Positions 63,507 through 64,000 of a stretch of DNA of 64,000 nucleotides are shown piece by piece (the stretch's first letter is position 1; every line of letters begins with the position of its first letter). The notes beneath the pieces are model-generated. The model saw only the letters and a list, made by a program, of their open reading frames with translations. It was not told where the DNA came from and made no database searches. The position numbers were made by a program, and so were the translations under genes. This DNA comes from Chloropicon primus (Eukaryota), in assembly GCA_023205875.1 (NCBI GenBank), contig CP060755.1, forward strand, positions 124,001 through 188,000. Direction: 5' to 3'.

Positions 63507-64000
63507 ATGGGCGGGGACACGAAGAATGGGAGGGGAGGACGGGGGAAGATCCCTCGAGGGCTGGGGAACGCCAAGACCGCGGAGGATATCTTGAAAGGCT
63601 CCGGGAAGAGGAAAGGGAAGAAGAAGGGCGAGGAGGTTCCCTCCATTGAGGGTCAACCTGGGGTAGCGAGGACGGAGGACGGCAAGTTTTACGTGATATC
63701 GAACGGCCACCTCGTGCAGGCGCTGGTGCAAGCGGGGAAGGAAGAGGCCGAGGAGGCGCAGGTCGTCGGCGAATTCATTTACCCGTACATCGAGCACTGG
63801 TCGGGGCTGTGCGGTGCCAAGAGCGTCGCGCCAAACCTGACGGGCATGCTGCTCGAGATGGATCTCGGGGACCTGCTTCACCTGACGGAAGACCTGAACG
63901 CGTTGAATGCGAAGCTCTACGAGGCTTTCGTTGTCCTTCAGCAGGCGGGGAAGGTGCCCCCGAGCGCGAGCACGAGCCAAGCCCCCGCAGTGCCCCAGAA
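63507..64000 (+). CDS. Protein with N-terminal MLLE (PABC) domain; continues beyond the window
   Basis: Not in the ORF track because it has no stop. From ATG 63507: MGGDTKNG...QVVGEFIYPYIEHW...VAPNLTGMLLEMDLGDLLHLTEDLNALNAKLYEAFVVLQQ. Confidence 0.85.
   Translation, partial: MGGDTKNGRGGRGKIPRGLGNAKTAEDILKGSGKRKGKKKGEEVPSIEGQPGVARTEDGKFYVISNGHLVQALVQAGKEEAEEAQVVGEFIYPYIEHWSGLCGAKSVAPNLTGMLLEMDLGDLLHLTEDLNALNAKLYEAFVVLQQAGKVPPSASTSQAPAVPQ

Overview
Gene-dense, GC-rich eukaryotic nuclear DNA with about 44 protein-coding genes, short GT-AG introns (GTAAGT/GTGAGT donors, CTGAC/CTAAC branch points), several TGTAA poly(A)-type signals and several genes with plastid transit peptides. This points to a compact-genome green alga; a Chloropicon-like prasinophyte is my inference, not verified. 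Most genes are housekeeping: RPL36, ARP8, an FeS-less APS/PAPS reductase, an NPF transporter, POLA2, UPRT, plastid L33, RRP46, TM9SF, ATG8, CstF64/77, DRC9, FolD, plastid PGM, PSF2, PEX3, VPS26C, SEC1, ISY1, UTP6, SAR1 and ITPK. The highlight is absent from the ORF track. In the gap between the rhomboid and PSF2 genes, the minus strand (about 40042 to 39768) carries the C-terminal zinc-finger/RuvC-III segment of a TnpB/Fanzor2-type RNA-guided nuclease (GRCGHIKKNLGGAKVYKCQECGFKCDRDANGARNILLK). It is followed directly by a ~130-nt multi-stem region ending at a G-run, which looks like a truncated IS607-like Fanzor element that kept its omegaRNA scaffold. Other notable items: a chimeric surface protein with duplicated fascin-like and bacterial-type domains next to a leishmanolysin gene, a sororin-like ORF, an N-terminal MLLE-domain protein, a signal-peptide/ankyrin/WW protein, and several degenerate enzymes. 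All family calls come from motif recognition by eye; no searches were run.
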